Under the pieces are notes generated by a model. It made no database searches. It was not told where the DNA came from and saw only the letters and a program-made list of their open reading frames with translations. This document shows positions 35,128 to 49,988 of a stretch of 64,000 nucleotides of DNA, piece by piece (position 1 is the first letter of the stretch; each line of letters opens with the position of its first letter). This stretch comes from Microthyrium microscopicum (taxonomy: Eukaryota). The stretch is taken from positions 1,039,769-1,103,768 of the forward strand of contig MU004242.1 of assembly GCA_010405405.1 (NCBI GenBank). Reading direction: 5' to 3'. A program made the translations under genes and the position numbers.

Positions 35128-38100
35128 AAGGCTCCAGAAGGCTATTACGAGACGACTTCTCTCCCCACACTGGAGACTTTCCAACTCATTGCCTTGCCAA
35201 TAGACTGTCAAATGCAATATTTCGACTTTTGACCATCACTTCGAATACTTCGCCGATGTCGACCACATCAACTCCATAAGCCTTTCCTCTCGTGACTGGG
35301 TTACTGCGTTATCTTATGTGTAGTGTTTCATCCTTCGCGTTGTCAATTAATGACGGCTTCCCAAGCTAGACGACTTGATATCATAGTGACGAGTCATGGC
35401 TGAACTAATGATTCAGGGACTCTCGCCCTAATCACACGAATTCCCGGACGATATTTGATAGTTCAGCTTCTCAAAAGCATTCATGGTCCGAAAATGCATG
35501 TATTCGCCTAGTATAGAGCTCGCCCAGCTGGATCGAGGGCTTTGACACCTCTTATCCTAGTTTAATATATGATCACCGCCGTCAGATCCAAAACTCCAGT
35601 TCAACGAGCAAATATAGCTGTCATAATCCAACGCAAGGAAAGCTTATTATGTACACCTTCGACTGCATCAGCCCGAGCAATTGTTATTGACAGCACATCC
35701 TATGAAGGGCATTGACAACTCTGCATACAACAGTCCTCCTTCGTTCACAAACGAAGCTACCTCTAACCACCAACTTTTTGCCCCAAGTCGCCCCTCGGTC
35801 TCCCCATCAAGTTGACCTGATGGCCAGCCACCGCGCATCTTCGGTCCGCAAACACTAGCGATCAAAGACCCGGTCACCCACCACTACGCAGTCAGTCACA
35901 CGTCCCTCGTAGCATCTCTACGGCCAGCCAAAAGTAACCACGTCAACTATACCTGCAATTCCCGCCCAGGTCCGCGCACCGAGAAGCCAACGTGACAGCT
36001 CAAGAGGCCGCTAGGATACGCTATATCAAACTTTACCTGGGAAATACCACCGGTCCATGGCTGGAATGCTTCGTGCGCACAGGGGTATCTAGAAGGAGAG
36101 GCAGGTGTAGGGTACGCCGGGGGACTTTCCTGGCTACAGTAGAGCTGTGGTTGGCGATGTCAAGGCATGCTACTCGTGACGACAATCATGTACGGGGTGA
36201 TCGTTGCTGGGTGGCTTGGATGAACTGAAACATAAGTTATACCTGGAATTAGGTTTCTTATGACAGCTGGGTGGGGGTTGGCTGAGAAGAGGAGGTATGC
36301 AGAGTATTGACGAAGACAAATTGTGTTTGGCTAGGATGGAGGCGAGTATCATTAGCATCGGAGATGGATTAGGGGTTTGAATATGGCATTTGCTCGAGAG
36401 CAAGAATACTCTAGTCACGATGGATGCCTCTCGGAGTAAAGCTGCATGAATGAGAAGGGCTAATTCGATTGTAGGAAAAAGTATAGTCTTGAATGGTACA
36501 AAGCTCCTCTAACGAAAGCCGGCCAACATCTGGTTGGCTGGCTATTGAAGCGTTCTTATCAGCGACTTGCCATCTGGACATCGTCCAAGTCTTCAGCACT
36601 TTGCTGGTACTTTACGCGGCTAAACCATCAATCTATCGGCGTGTGTTTCAGAACCAGAAGCTTGGAGACCTCCCACTGCGATGGAGCAATGACCTGGTAT
36701 CAAAACTGGTCCGAGCAGTGACATGGCTAGGATTGCATCCCGAAGTTGGTCACCAAGTATTGTATGCTCTTAGCCATGGTGCGGGTAACGCGGCTGAGTG
36801 AATGTGTCAAGGTATTTGGAAACCAGATGATGTTGGCGAGGGTGCTGGACGTATACCTTGCTCTTACTGTACATTGACGGTCTGAGGTATAAAGCTGTTA
36901 AATATAGGACTGTGAGATGGTAGATGCTCGGGAGTTCTTTCGGGTACTGTGCATTTTCACTGATGTTGAAGGTTAAGCTATGCTACTCGATTGAAACGTT
37001 TATGGATGTAATGGGGTAGTTTAATTCAGATCAAAAGCTATCTATATGAACTCAGAGTATACTAGCAATTGGCTTTGCTATCAGGCTGATAGCAACACAA
37101 AAGTGACCCTCGCCGGTTGGATCTAAGAACTACTGAGTTTAGGAACCAAATAGTACATTGTATGTTACCATGGGGCTAAAGCCGATACCAAGCCAGCGGA
37201 GAGGTTAATATTTGCCACTTCCCCATGGAGAACCTTCCTGCTATAAGGCTCGAGCTTCCTTAACAGACCAAATATAGGGTGTGATCTGGCGGTGAACTGT
37301 CAAACCCTCACGCCAGCTTGGACCAGTTGCGGAAGTATCCACGGGTTTGGAAGTAAAGATCCGCGGTTCTCTGCAGATACCATTTTCGATCAGGAACATA
37401 AAGCCGCTCAGCACTAGTAGACTGTACACTTTCTCCTCCTTGTAGTGTCGAGACACATACGGAGTAGTTTGGAGTGAAAGAGAATACGACATGTAAGCTA
37501 TATATATTTCTATAATAAATTCGTAGGATCTGAATCCAATATTCTTCTTCGTGCCGTGGATGTGTTCCAGCTGAAACAAGGACACTTTATAGACTGAAGA
37601 TAGCCACCGTCAAATCGATGTTGCGCATGTGAATATGAGAAGGCAATGACTCTTAGGCGAGATGGGAAAATCTCCTTTAGGATGTAAGGACAAACTTCCA
37701 CAATCGGTGAACCTTCCAACAGGTGTAGGCTAGTATCTGCCAGGTGTTTCGTGTGCCAAATTTCTGGCCACGTTCGGTAAACGATACCATGCCTCCCGTA
37801 CGCGGAAGAGAGCCTGAATTGAAACAATCCATCGTATTGGTAGTGGCATTGTTTCCCGGGGAATTATTTATGGTTTCAAGATATCGCAAAAATACAAGAA
37901 CTTCCAATTTGGTCGCCTTTGTTTGCGTTGGCAGATTTGGCTCCATTGGGACAGTTCGTGGGTGCCAAACATATAATCATATTGAGGATGTGTTGCCTGT
38001 ATAGGATATATTAGCAACAGTCCTATAAACAGAGACCCAGAAGTGCTTCCTACCCTGCTACACATCCGTCTTATTACGGAACGATATTTTTGCGGTTTCA

Positions 38101-38170
38101 AGTCGCCCACAAAAGAAGGACGCAATTGCTGTTTTTCATTGACATCATCGTTCTATTGATAGCGACTGTT

Positions 38171-40722
38171 TCATACTTTGATCGGAGGGATGGTGGCTCG
38201 GGACGGTGATGGCAGGGATGCCTGCCGTCGGACATCTGCTTCGCGTATGATATCGGCAGATAGGCGAAGACTAGGCGCCAGGTGTGCATAACGTTCAATT
38301 TCTCGAACAACGTCCTTGATGATAGCACTCATTTGGTGCTGTGGCGGAAGCAGTTCTGATAGAGCGGGTGATAACGTGGCTCCCATAACCAACAGGGTCT
38401 GGGAGACAATTCTAGAAGACTTTTAGTAAAGCACAAAGGATGCGTGAAAGAGGACTTACGATAGTGCTCCTTGCCAAAGATATGGCAGATGTCCAGAATG
38501 GCTTTGAAAGTTAATGCTTAGCCTGGAATTAGAGTACAGTTGGATTTCACTTACTGTGCTTGTATGTTTTCCAGCTGCCGTATACATGCCTCTAGACACT
38601 TTCTGCAGCTATCCTTGACAGCCGGGTCTTTGAAAGCTGACTCGTTGATCAAAACTGCTAGAACATAAGGGCGATATATGATCGTTCGGCAAGCAAAGTA
38701 GCGCAATCTCAGAACAACCTGAACAGGGGTGGCCGCAGGATTCTTTCCAGTGTGAAGTTCGAACTTGACCGCCTTTGGAAGACCACTGTACCATTCGGTT
38801 AATTGAGCATCGAGCTCTTCAACGACCGGTTCCAGGGCGGCGGTATTTGTTATGGGCGAAGAGACAGTATAAATAGAGTTGCTAACTCTATTCAATAATC
38901 GTCTGAGGCCAATCTCGGCGAGAAAGTACCAGAGATCATCTTCTGCCACGGGTTGTTCGCCTTCCGTTTCGAAGTACCCAGGAATTCCTACCATCTCTTC
39001 AAATTGCACAATTCCAGAGTGTGGCAATTCTAGTTCTGCCAAAAGATCGCTGTTCCATTCCATCAGTCGTCTGTTCTCCAACCAGGAGCCTGCGCACCGA
39101 ATAGACAGTCATAGGTAGAAAAATCAGATACGGACCTTTCAAATAGCAAAGCATTCCAGTAGAGCCGTTCGCTCAGCCTTTTGTCTCCTGCTGAAAGAGG
39201 TCCACTGACCAGAAGTTGTAATTTCATGGACGTGCTAACAAGCAGATTCCAGGCCTCTAGCGGTCGTACCATGTAAAAAAGATAGGCGCATGCCAACAAT
39301 TGACATTGTGCGGATAATAGATCATTTCGAAGGATAAGAGAAGGTATCATGGCCCAGGCCGATGTAAAGAAAGCCATACCAGCTGGATCAGTCTTTTCAG
39401 GTAGACGAGAAACTGTGCCACCGCAACTGGCTGAGCCCAGTGCCAATACAAGCAAAACCAAGCAGCTCTCTGGGCCTTCCCGAAAGCCACGAGCATGTGC
39501 TATCCTATAAAGGCTATGCCATTTGTACGGACTAACGCATGCATACCAGACATTCACACCGTTGAAGAATGCTTGCGTATAGAGCGGGACGTGTGTGAAG
39601 TCTATAGGCCGATTTGCGGTGAGATTGAGCGATTCTCTCTGCATCTCAAGCTGGACCAACACTTGAGGGTCCCACTTCTTAGAAACGAGGTCTCGTATCT
39701 TAGGCCAATGGAGTAGATTTAGGGCCGGAGTTGTATGGTTTTTTGGCATTGTTGAGACGCTCGCCGGTGAACTATTCCAGGTACCAAGGCCATTCATCAC
39801 AGCCCCTTTGGTCAACATCAGAGTTTCGTCATGGACAATGGGACTCGAGGTATTAGCCGGCGAGCTGTTGGCTTTAGTGCTGGGGCTGGCGCCATTGCCG
39901 GCTTGAAGGAGAGATTCAATCCGAGTCAATCGCTCGAGAATCAATTTATCACCGGCATCTAATTTGACTCCAGGTTCTCGATAGACGCATTCAGCGCTTA
40001 GTTCGGTACAAAGCCGACATTTAGGTTTGGCGCCATCGCATCTCGATTTTCGGGAGCGACACACTTCACACTGCAGAGCGAATGCATTAGCGTAGAAAAA
40101 CAAGGGGTCATCAATGTGCCTAAAATGAGGAACAGAAAAGAAATATGCGAAAACATACAGCTATGGTTGCACGGCGGCGAGGGTAGTCCACCGGCTCGGT
40201 ACTGGGCCGCTTGCGCGGGTTCGAATCTGTGTTGCTATTGGGAGTTGCCTTGCTGTCGGGCTCGATACCTGCAACGCTGCTGTGGCGAGACCATTTAAGG
40301 CTGGACGCCTCTCGGTCGCTTCCCGAGTGTGACAGGTTGCGCGGACGCGTCTGCGACTTCACCTCACCTGCCATGTCAAAAACATGCTGTTGCGGGCTCG
40401 GATAGTAAAGGCTGGTGGGCGTGCTCAAGGCCGAGAAGACCGGCTGCGACGGTGGTGGTCTCTCGAAAATAGTATGAAGTCCAAAGCCGTGGGCAGGGTA
40501 GAGGCTGGTTCCCAGATCGAATGGGCCGGAAAAGCCGTCGGGTTGTTGTTGGTGCTGCGCTTGATGCTGTTGTTGAGCAGTTGGGTCTTGGTGATGGTTG
40601 GAATGGGTGTGGGAGCGGGAGAGGGCTGTTGGAAATGGTTCAAATGAAGAGAGTTGAAAGAGGCTGTTATTTGGCGCATTGTCCGTAGAACTAGAGAGGG
40701 GACTTATGGGAGCCGAAGCCAT
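38171..40722 (-). CDS. Zn(II)2Cys6 transcription factor with fungal TF middle region (exons 40722-40159, 40070-39136, 39049-38555, 38501-38460, 38411-38171; start codon uncertain)
   Basis: 'RRRATIA|CEVCRSRKSRCDGAKPKCRLCTELSAECVY' binuclear cluster; 'RLYWNALLFESDLLAEL' and 'YFLAEIGLRRLLNR'. Confidence 0.92.
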
Positions 40723-43700
40723 CTGGTCTTATGATTTAATTGGGCAAACTTTTTGCTCGCGAGTCAATGGCAATACCGGTAGGCTGTAGCCAACTCAAGG
40801 TTTACCAATATCCCGTTGTCAGTGCGAGTGGTTGGGGCAAGCTCTGGCGATGCTTTAAACAAATCCTTTTCGTTTCGATCTTTCTTAAACTGCAATAGCT
40901 GCGACCCTTTTATTGCACTCGAGCCTTTTCGATCCAGATATCTGATCGCCGTCTAGGCGGCGGCAGTGGCCAAGTACACACCGGTCTTTTCGCGGGGAGT
41001 GAAGTGAGTTGTGAGCTTGTAAACTTCACTCATAAATGATAAAGCCTTCAGAAGATATTTTAAATGCTATACCTGTAGCCCAGAGCCAGGTACCATAGGG
41101 AATAGTCGGGAACTCCAGTCTTCAGGGAAGTCGCTGCCACTGTATAATGCAATCAATCCCGTTCTAGATTGCTACAGCTAGGGTATCCAGAAACCAAAAC
41201 CGTGAAGCGGGTCAAAACCGAAATAGCCAGTAATCTCGACGAATCGTATTTTCAGCACTCTGAGTAACTTTTGAGATATTTCACACTCGTTCCGAGTACT
41301 GACGTTCGTCCTTGGTACAGCCTGATGGCTGCTAGCGCCACAAGTTGAAGCGACGGCCCACGACTGAGTATAGAGGATCATCCAGATAAATTTTCGAAAG
41401 TTTTCTGGAGCATGAAATCATAAAAGACTAACTCTAAGACTTTCGAGTGGAAGAATTCTTGTCTCCAAACTAACGGCATCAAAGATCATCCCGCAACAAG
41501 TGGCCATGGCCCATATATATGGCACGTTCGCGATGTATACTCCTGAACTTTGAGCAAGACCATGCCAATCCATGTTCTGATCTCCGCATGTCACAATAGC
41601 TCTAGGTTCAGAGCGAAACACTCCCGCAGCTAATAACGCCTATAATAGCCAAAGACACCTGCTCAAGACAATCTTCCTAGCCTCAGATTCGTCGTCAATG
41701 TACCCCTCAGGGTGGACGATGACATTTCCACCAGCCTAGCTTGTAATCCGGCGTGTCAAGCTTCTAGGACCCAATCTATCTGAGGTGGACATAAGCTTGG
41801 GTTGTAGAATTCGATCTCTAGGCTTTGTAACAGCTAGCCCTCCACATCCTAATGCGTCACAACCTGGCAGCTGGCGCTTGTTTGAAATCCAAACAATGTA
41901 CCCCAAAAGTCTTAGCGACTGCTTGTGTGACACGGTAGACGAGGTATATGGAAGTAGATGTTGGAAGCAACCATGTCTGCCGCCCTCCATGCATATCTGG
42001 ACTCTGGATATTTTTGATTAGACAAGGATACACGCAGGGACACTTTGAGGTAGCAGTTATTGCACTTCCTATAGTAGACCCCCAGTACAGTTTCTGCTAG
42101 CTTCGAACATAACTATTAGGTCTAAAATGCGGGAAAGTTGGGGGTTTGACCATCACAGTGTACACTGAGGCCGCCTTCCTGTCCAGCCTTACCAGAGACA
42201 CAAGGTTCAAGCTAAGAAGCTGATATCGGCCAACCAGCGGGTACTGTTGCGGACCCCTATAGAACCACTCGCTATTACTATGACCTGGCAAAGTGAGGGG
42301 AACGTACCGCTACAGTAGGAGCTCCTGTGCGTTGACCGTTCATTTGCTGTGTTACACTCTGATTCGCTTCTTCATTGGCATGGGCTGAATTTGACGTCTA
42401 AATAGCATGCGGTTTGTAACAAAAGATCATGCAGACAGTATATATGACGATTAGTGACTTATGATTCTCCGTTGGAAAACTATCATCGTACGGTCTTGGA
42501 GAACTATAGAGTAGGACCTCGATATGGGTCTGGAGCAAGGGTTGAACATCGAACTACAACTACGCCAAGTCGTTGACAGTAAGTAGTCTATAGGAGAGAT
42601 CCATCAGTGAGTTAAGCCAATGGTGCATTTGAATGACAAGTCATAGCTCGTTGGTCAACATCAACGTGTCAATGTGTTTTGTGGCTTCGACGTCCATTGG
42701 GCGTTTCTACTCCAGTATAAGACTTTGCGTACGCCAGAGGCCGGAATGGCCTGATGATTCAAACACTAGATTGATCAAGCCAAGCTGAACTGGACCTCAA
42801 ATTTATCTCATTAGCCAAATTACAAGTATTGTGCATGAAGAACCAAGGAATCATTTCTTGCCCATCTCATGCGTAAACCTTAAATGGATCGAAAGTATTG
42901 CCCCATCCATGGCTCACGACTTTCTGACCACGGAAGGAAGGACCTAATGTCTGCATATGGGTAGGTAGCTACTGTGACCATCTGAACCGCAAAGGACCCG
43001 TCAAACAATTGGCGTATTCCCGCTTATTTCCCCATGCAGGTAAGCTTAATGTTTTGTTTGTACGACGAATATCATCTGAAGGGGAAATAAGATACGAGTA
43101 TGCGTTTCGAAACGAATCCGAGTTCGATACCTGCTCGTCGATTAAAGTCGGACAATTTCGAGAGTTTGAACGTAGCGTGGCTCTAGAAACATTTGACCAG
43201 AATAGATACTCCAGCGACCGGACGAGATACATCACCAATTAGCAAAACCTGTCGATGATGCCTTGCCACTCATTTGGTTCCTGGCTAATTCAAGCTTGTG
43301 CTTGTGCAAATCATCGCATATGCGGCTGGAAACCCTAGCATTCAGGTCATCTGCATATAAACATATGCGATGTAGGTCTGTATTGAGGCATTATCTTCGG
43401 CTTGACATGCTTGTTGGGAGAGGCATATCTCGGGTTTACTTGCCTGCTTTCTCTACGTTGTAGGGGCGGAGACAGGAAAAAGTTGTGCGTGTCTTCCAGC
43501 ACGGGAACGGTTTGTTCTTAAGATGATTTCCATAATTGTTTACTTGATTTGATTTGTATGCCTAATCAGGTATAGATTCCAGGCAAAAGAAACATTAGAA
43601 ACATGACCAACGGAAGTCTCAGTGACCTGATTAAACTGTTCCTTATCTGAGCCACAAATGCGAGATTTCGGCCTTGTGAACTCAAATCACAAGCCTTTTA

Positions 43701-44760
43701 GCTCCCAGCTTTGTAGGATGTTAAACCCTTACTGATAACAAGGGAAGAAACAGGAACTTGGAGAACAGTTTTCTCTTTACTATACTGTTATCAAGTTGAA
43801 CCCCTGTGAATGATCTACAGTTGATATTGAAAGAGGTCGAATTGATAGAAAAGACAGCGGTCCTTGTTTCATCATAACTCGTTACTTACTACTTGTCTAT
43901 TCTTCATTTTCAAGGAGATTTGTACAAGCTTCGAATACTTGGTATGTTTGGACTGTCAAGTCAAGTTGACAACCACTTATAGAGTTCGGTCTCAATCCAT
44001 GTCTAATCCCCTGCAAGCTTTGGTAAGTTACTAAAGCAACTCGATTAGCATGATAGTGAAACGCCTATGACGCTTTCTCAATGATATTGAAATACAGCTT
44101 GCATCAATAAACTGGACCAAATAAGAAGAGAACTTCATCCAGTAGCCAAAATTTCTGGACTAAGCCATTATGATGACAAATTCTTAAGCTACATGGTGCT
44201 GCTCTCGTTGATTACTAGAGTACGACTCATTTACAACAGCATTAACTTCCGACACTGATAAATTGAATTTGGAAAACGTTGCCATCAGGTTCACCATGGA
44301 GCGAAATAGCTCGATAGTCACACCATCTCACTCGTCGGATGCCTTGATAGGTTTATGTAAGGAAAGGTAATTTCGGGTCTGATTTCAGTCACTTGAACGG
44401 TCGCATCAAGCTTGTCCAAGTTTTGGTCTTTAAGCATGAGGTGTTTAGATCTGCAGCTTTTTGGACTGTTAAGAGCTATGCCGTAGGTGAGGAAGCTGTT
44501 TTCGAGTGACAGACGTGGAGATACCATTTGAGGAAGTCACTACCATCAGTCTGCGAATGGCTATCGCCGCCATGAGCTTCACTTGCAGGTAAGCACTGAT
44601 GGCGAAAACGCGGAGAAGTAGGAGCAGCAACAAAACAATCAAAGATAACTGGGCAAGCCTCCTAAACTTTCACCACAACAACTTACCAACAAAAGACACG
44701 TTCCTAACACTGAATGTGTTTAGAACTCGTTGATTCTCACAAACCCCCCAAACATTCAAT

Positions 44761-45602
44761 ATGGACAAAAACAGCGACAACAAAACTGCGAGCGTTGAAG
44801 CGGTGGAAGAAGTCAAACCTTACTCAACTGACGTAGAAGAGATCCAACCAACCACTCCTGCGCGAAATGGGGTATTCACCAACATTGTTAATCGTTTGCG
44901 AAGTTTGAGCACGGCTTCTCCACCGGCGGAAGATCAATCAGAGGTACTTATCCAGACTGTCGCCACTAGTCGTTCCTTGTGCAACGCCTCTTGTTTACCA
45001 AACACGATTGCTGATAATACAAACAGAGTCCGGAGGCAAAGACCAAGCGGCTTGCGGATCTTGAGCGCACCGACCGTACTATGCGAGGTGTTGCCTTGTC
45101 TATTGGTATTGATGGCGGCATGATCCATGAAAGTGGTCGTTCTTCTCCAAAGAAGCGCAACAGCCAATCCAGCGAGAGAGACACAGCAGGCTCTTCTCCT
45201 GAACAACCTGCAGCTCCTCCCACCACACCTCGCAAGATGATGGGTAAGATTTCAAGATGCCACTTTACACGACCTATTGGGTAGCATGCGACAATCGTGT
45301 ACTAACAACTCTCAGGCAGATTGGTTGACACTGTTGGCTGGATCAAAGATAATGCAGCGGAAAAGGTCAACGAGGCATTACGCGATACCGACAAAGAAAG
45401 CAATCGACGCCTGGGCCCATATGAAAATCAGGGCCTCGCTGGAGTCTCGGATTTCGATCCCATTTCTTCAGGTCTTGCTAGTGCGTTGGATAAGGATGAT
45501 AAGGCCGACTCTTTCAAGAAAGCCCATGATGACAATTTGGATGGCAAAGGTGGCGACTCGGATGACTCTGATGTTAAATCTGATGTTGACTCTCCGTTCT
45601 GA
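44761..45602 (+). CDS. Hypothetical hydrophilic protein, 3 exons (44761-44943, 45027-45243, 45316-45602)
   Basis: Two canonical introns join three ORF fragments in frame, ending ...DVDSPF*. No recognised domain. Confidence 0.7.
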
Positions 45603-45913
45603 GCGGCGTTGCTACAGAGTACTTGTGGCCGTGGGAATCTCGTTTAATCCCTCAAAGGAGGTGAGCCAGGCCGTGCATGATCTCGGTCTTTGATGCCACA
45701 GCTTGTGTGTAATATTGTAATGTTTGGCAGTAGCGGATGCATGTTGTAATCAAAGGAATCGCGGCGTTTTTCAAGACGCAAGATTTTCGTTCAGCTCAAC
45801 GTCAATTGAAGATAGATGCACGCGAATAGATCCCTGATTACGGGCCGAATTAGCGTGACAGGGGTTATGTAGTGGCTTTTCGGCCCGAAATGCTGAGGAT
45901 TTTTTTGTTGATC

Positions 45914-45923
45914 TGAAAAAGTT
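45914..45923 (+). promoter_or_regulatory. RRPE-like motif upstream of DBP3
   Basis: TGAAAAAGTT about 90 bp upstream of a ribosome-biogenesis gene. A related reverse motif (TTCAACTTTTT) precedes LCP5 at ~33961. Confidence 0.3.
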
Positions 45924-46010
45924 CCATCGATTGTGGGGTGCACTGCGTTTTTGGAAGATTTTGAACTTCTACACAATTCAGTCACTCACACTCTTCTCTA
46001 GCATAACATC

Positions 46011-47844
46011 ATGGCGAAACGACTTGTCGAGCAAGAATCAACGGCGCTAGAGCGACCATCCAAAAAGCAGCGCAAAGAAGAGACCACCACGGACAGTTCA
46101 GCCTCGCTAGACAAGCAGGAACAGAAACGTCTCAAGAAAGAGAAGAAACTGAAGAAAAAGACAAAGGAGCAGGAGGAGACCCCGGAAGAAGACGCAATCA
46201 AATCCGAACCAGCAGCGGAAGATGATGGAGCAGAGGCAAAAGCGCTCGCAAAGGCTGCGAAGAAAGCGCGGAAGGCTGCCAAATTGGAGAAGAAGCTGAA
46301 GAAAGTGGAGCAGAGCAAGTCAGACCCCACGCCAGATATAGTGATGAAGGATTCAGACGAGAAGATTGCTGCCGTATCGACCAAAAGTCTGTCAGCAGAA
46401 AACGGCGATGCAGCAGCTTACCACCAGCACGCTGGTCTTACAAAGCTCTCTCCAGCAGCGATCAAAGATTTCTTGGCTTCGAAGGGTATCAAGATTAGCG
46501 ATCCTCTATCCGGCGAGCAGGACTTGAGACCCATTATTAAATTCGAATATCTCACGGAAGGCGCGAATATCGTTCAAGATGTATTCAAGAGTTTCAAGGA
46601 ACCAACACCCATTCAAGCTGCGACTTGGCCATACCTCTTCAGTAAGAGAGACGTTGTTGGTGTTGCAGAGACTGGATCAGGAAAGACATTGGCTTTTGGC
46701 TTACCATGTATACAACGAATTTTGGCGCTACCAAAGAAACAGCGGAAAGGCATCAAGGCTGTGATTGTCTCTCCTACACGAGAATTGGCAGTTCAAATTC
46801 ACGAACAGCTCGTCAAACTGGCTAAACCTGTGGGCCTCGAATGCGTCTGTGTTTATGGTGGCGTGCCAAAAGACCAACAGCGCGTGGATCTGAAGAAGTC
46901 ACAAATCGTCGTTGCGACACCCGGTCGGCTAAAGGATCTCATGGATGAGCAAGCAGCTGATCTCAGCGCAGCAGAGTTTGCATGCCTAGATGAGGCTGAT
47001 CGTATGCTCGACAAAGGATTCGAGGACGATATCCGCATGATCCTAAGTGCCACCGCCCCAGCTGCCCAGCGCCAGACTGTCATGTTCACAGCCACTTGGC
47101 CAGAATCTGTTCGCAATCTAGCAAGCACCTTCATGAATAAGCCCGTCCAAATCAATATCGGCGGCAACACATCAGGCGAACTTCAAGCGAATCCTCGAAT
47201 TAAGCAAGTGGTTGAAGTAATGATTCCCAAAACCAAGGAGTACCGACTCATCGAGATCCTGAGACAGTACAAGAAGTTCTCCAAAAAGGATTCTCAAGAA
47301 GACCGAATCTTGATATTTTGTCTCTATAAGAAAGAGGCTACCCGAATGGAGAACTTCATTCGCTCGAAGGGTTTCAATGTTGCTGGCATCCATGGAGATC
47401 TGTCACAAGCCAAGCGCACAGAGAGCTTAGAAGCTTTCAAGAATGGCTCGGTCCCTCTTCTGGTGGCGACAGATGTTGCTGCGCGAGGCCTTGACATTCC
47501 GTCCGTCAAGTTAGTGCTAAATTACACATTTCCCTTGACTGCGGAGGACTATGTCCATAGAATCGGAAGGTAAGGCCTGTCCCATTCTGAAACTTGATAG
47601 ATAACTGACAGGTACTAGAACTGGTAGAGCTGGAGCAGATGGCAAAGCGATTACCTTCTTCACAGAGCACGAGAAGCATCTTTCGGGCGCTTTGATCGCT
47701 GTCCTCAAAGGAGCCAACCAACAAGTTCCAGAAGAGCTTCTCAAGTACGGAACTACCATCAAAAAGCAGGAACATTCTGCATATGGAGCTTTTTTCAAGA
47801 AGGTTGACACAAATGAAAAAGCGACCAAGATCACTTTCGACTAG
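46011..47844 (+). CDS. DBP3: ATP-dependent DEAD-box RNA helicase Dbp3 (exons 46011-47569, 47619-47844)
   Basis: Lys-rich N-terminus, [17 protein letters not shown], 'FTATWP', '[10 protein letters not shown]', HRIGR|TGRAG, and C-terminal '[14 protein letters not shown]'. Confidence 0.95.
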
Positions 47845-48232
47845 TCGCCAAAGAAAGCAAAAGAAGATTGATACCCAAGCGTTGAACGTTTAGCTGTAGC
47901 TGTAAATAGTTATGAATTTTATAGACGAGTCCGATGCCCTTGCCTTCCTGGTAAAAATGCTATCATTCTTTGGTTTACCTACTGTTCCTGCTATGCTTTA
48001 CAATAAATACTCAAGCTTAATAACGCGACATGGCATCCGTTTTTGCTGAACCTAAACGTCGCAATAAACGACACCAAAGAACACCATGAAAAGTTCGAGT
48101 TCAAGATCACCATAACAGAAAGGCCAAATTGAAATGGATTACAATGATTTGAATTGAGCAAGTGCTCCCAACCTGTTCGCCGGCTGTAGAACATCCTCTC
48201 GACAAATGCTACAAAGAAACGACGGAGATTCT

Positions 48233-49395
48233 CTACAGTAAGGAGTCGAGATCACCAAATACACTCAATACCGCCGCGACGACCTATATCATGATTAGTA
48301 TTGCGCGTACTTGGATAGGAGGTGCAAAACATACCTGTAGGTGTAATTCTTCGTCCTTTGATTCGCCAACTTCACCGGTTATTACTTGGTAAAGGTTGGC
48401 ACCGATGCCAGTGTTTCCTTCAGCTGTTTTCGCAAATGGCCATCTCGAATAGCACTTTAGTAAATAGTCCACTTGGGCATATGATCGTTCTCTGGCCTCA
48501 GGTTGCATGCTGGTGAGGACGTTTTCAAGCACATTGGCTGCGTAAGCTGAGCAGACCATAGCCAAAGTACGAAGATATCGATATTTCATTTCCTCAGGAA
48601 GGAATTGTGATCCAGGCAGTACCACGGTTCGTGAGGTCAAAACAGTGCGTACGCGACGTCGAATTTCGTCTTTGGCACCACTGTCAACGACAGGATGGGT
48701 AGCCATATCGAACAGTAGAAAATTCTTCTTCTCCGTCCGCAAAATTCCTTTGTCTACGAGTCCTTTTGCCAGTCGTTCGCGGACTTGTTTGAGTTGGTAG
48801 CCGATTTTCATGAGATTCCACGTCTCGCCTGCATCATATTAGCTTTTGCTTCAATACCATCTTATCTTTGCAAGATCATACCACTTAGCAGATCAATCCA
48901 ATCTGCTACACACATCTTCTCGCTCGCCTTCATCATCTTCAATGTCTCATCCAACAACACCTCACCCGTCATGCTATCATCCGCCACTTCGATCAGCCGA
49001 TCGCGCAACGGCGGCAACCGCTGTCCCGTCACTTTCTGCATGCGAATGCGGCCCCGGAACGCCAATTCCATCACAATACACCCGCGAAGCGCATATGAGA
49101 TATTATCATTCCAGAAACTCAGGTATCCTTGCTTGTCTTTGAGGCCCATCAGTAGCACTTCCTCCATGAGCGTCAACTTGGGTTGCTTGAGCCGCTCAGC
49201 GCTCTCGCTCATGTCGCGCGGATCATATGCAATTCGATGGCCATTCTCAGAGTCTTCGAAGGCAGTTTCGGGCGCGCGAGTGCTATCGTCGCGACGTAGG
49301 CCTGGCGAGGAAACTCGGCTGCCGTCATCGTCGGCGGTGGTCGAGGCTCCGGCGCCGGCGCCTCGCCGGCGAGTCAGGCCGGAGCTGGAGGCCAT
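48233..49395 (-). CDS. VPS74: Vps74/GOLPH3 Golgi phosphoprotein (exons 49395-48882, 48828-48335, 48283-48233)
   Basis: 'GLTRRR', '[32 protein letters not shown]', '[28 protein letters not shown]...[11 protein letters not shown]'. Confidence 0.96.
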
Positions 49396-49988
49396 GTGCT
49401 AAGGGTGTGGTGGTTGTGGCCTCGTAATTTTGCGGTGGATGGGTTTAGAAGGATGGAATTTTGGGTGAAAGGGGTGAGTGCGGTAGGTGTAGCGGTATGG
49501 TAGGAGCGGCTGGTGAGAAAGACAAATGGTCGACTAATTGTTTCCAGAGGCCAACGAGTAAAGTTGCGGTATCTTTAAAATGGTATAGAGAATAGTGAGA
49601 GAGGGAGGGAAGATGGACGTTGGGTTTATTAGAATTCATCAATGGCTAATGGGCCAGACTACAGAATGTCAAAGTAACTCCCGCGCTAGCAAGGACGGTA
49701 TTTTGGGCTAGGTTAAAATGCACGCATCCGCCAATTCTCCAGTCTTTCTGCGCACTTTAGCAACCACCTTCGCAACCTATGTTGATATCAGAAAGGCGGA
49801 TTCAATCTCGTGCTGCTTTACACGCAAGAGAAGATGTGAGATTTCGTCTAAATAGTACATTGGTTGGCCGGACTGTATATCTTCATCTTTTTGGCCTGTG
49901 AAAGTACATATCGGGCTGGCCTAGCCATCCCCCCAACTAGGAACAGAATACCTCGCGATACTCCTTGCTCCGGACAAGTATAGAGCAA

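Noticed and set aside
37241..38125. Several 85-114 aa minus-strand ORFs downstream of the transcription factor
   Set aside because: No recognisable motifs, and I could not join them with credible splice sites.
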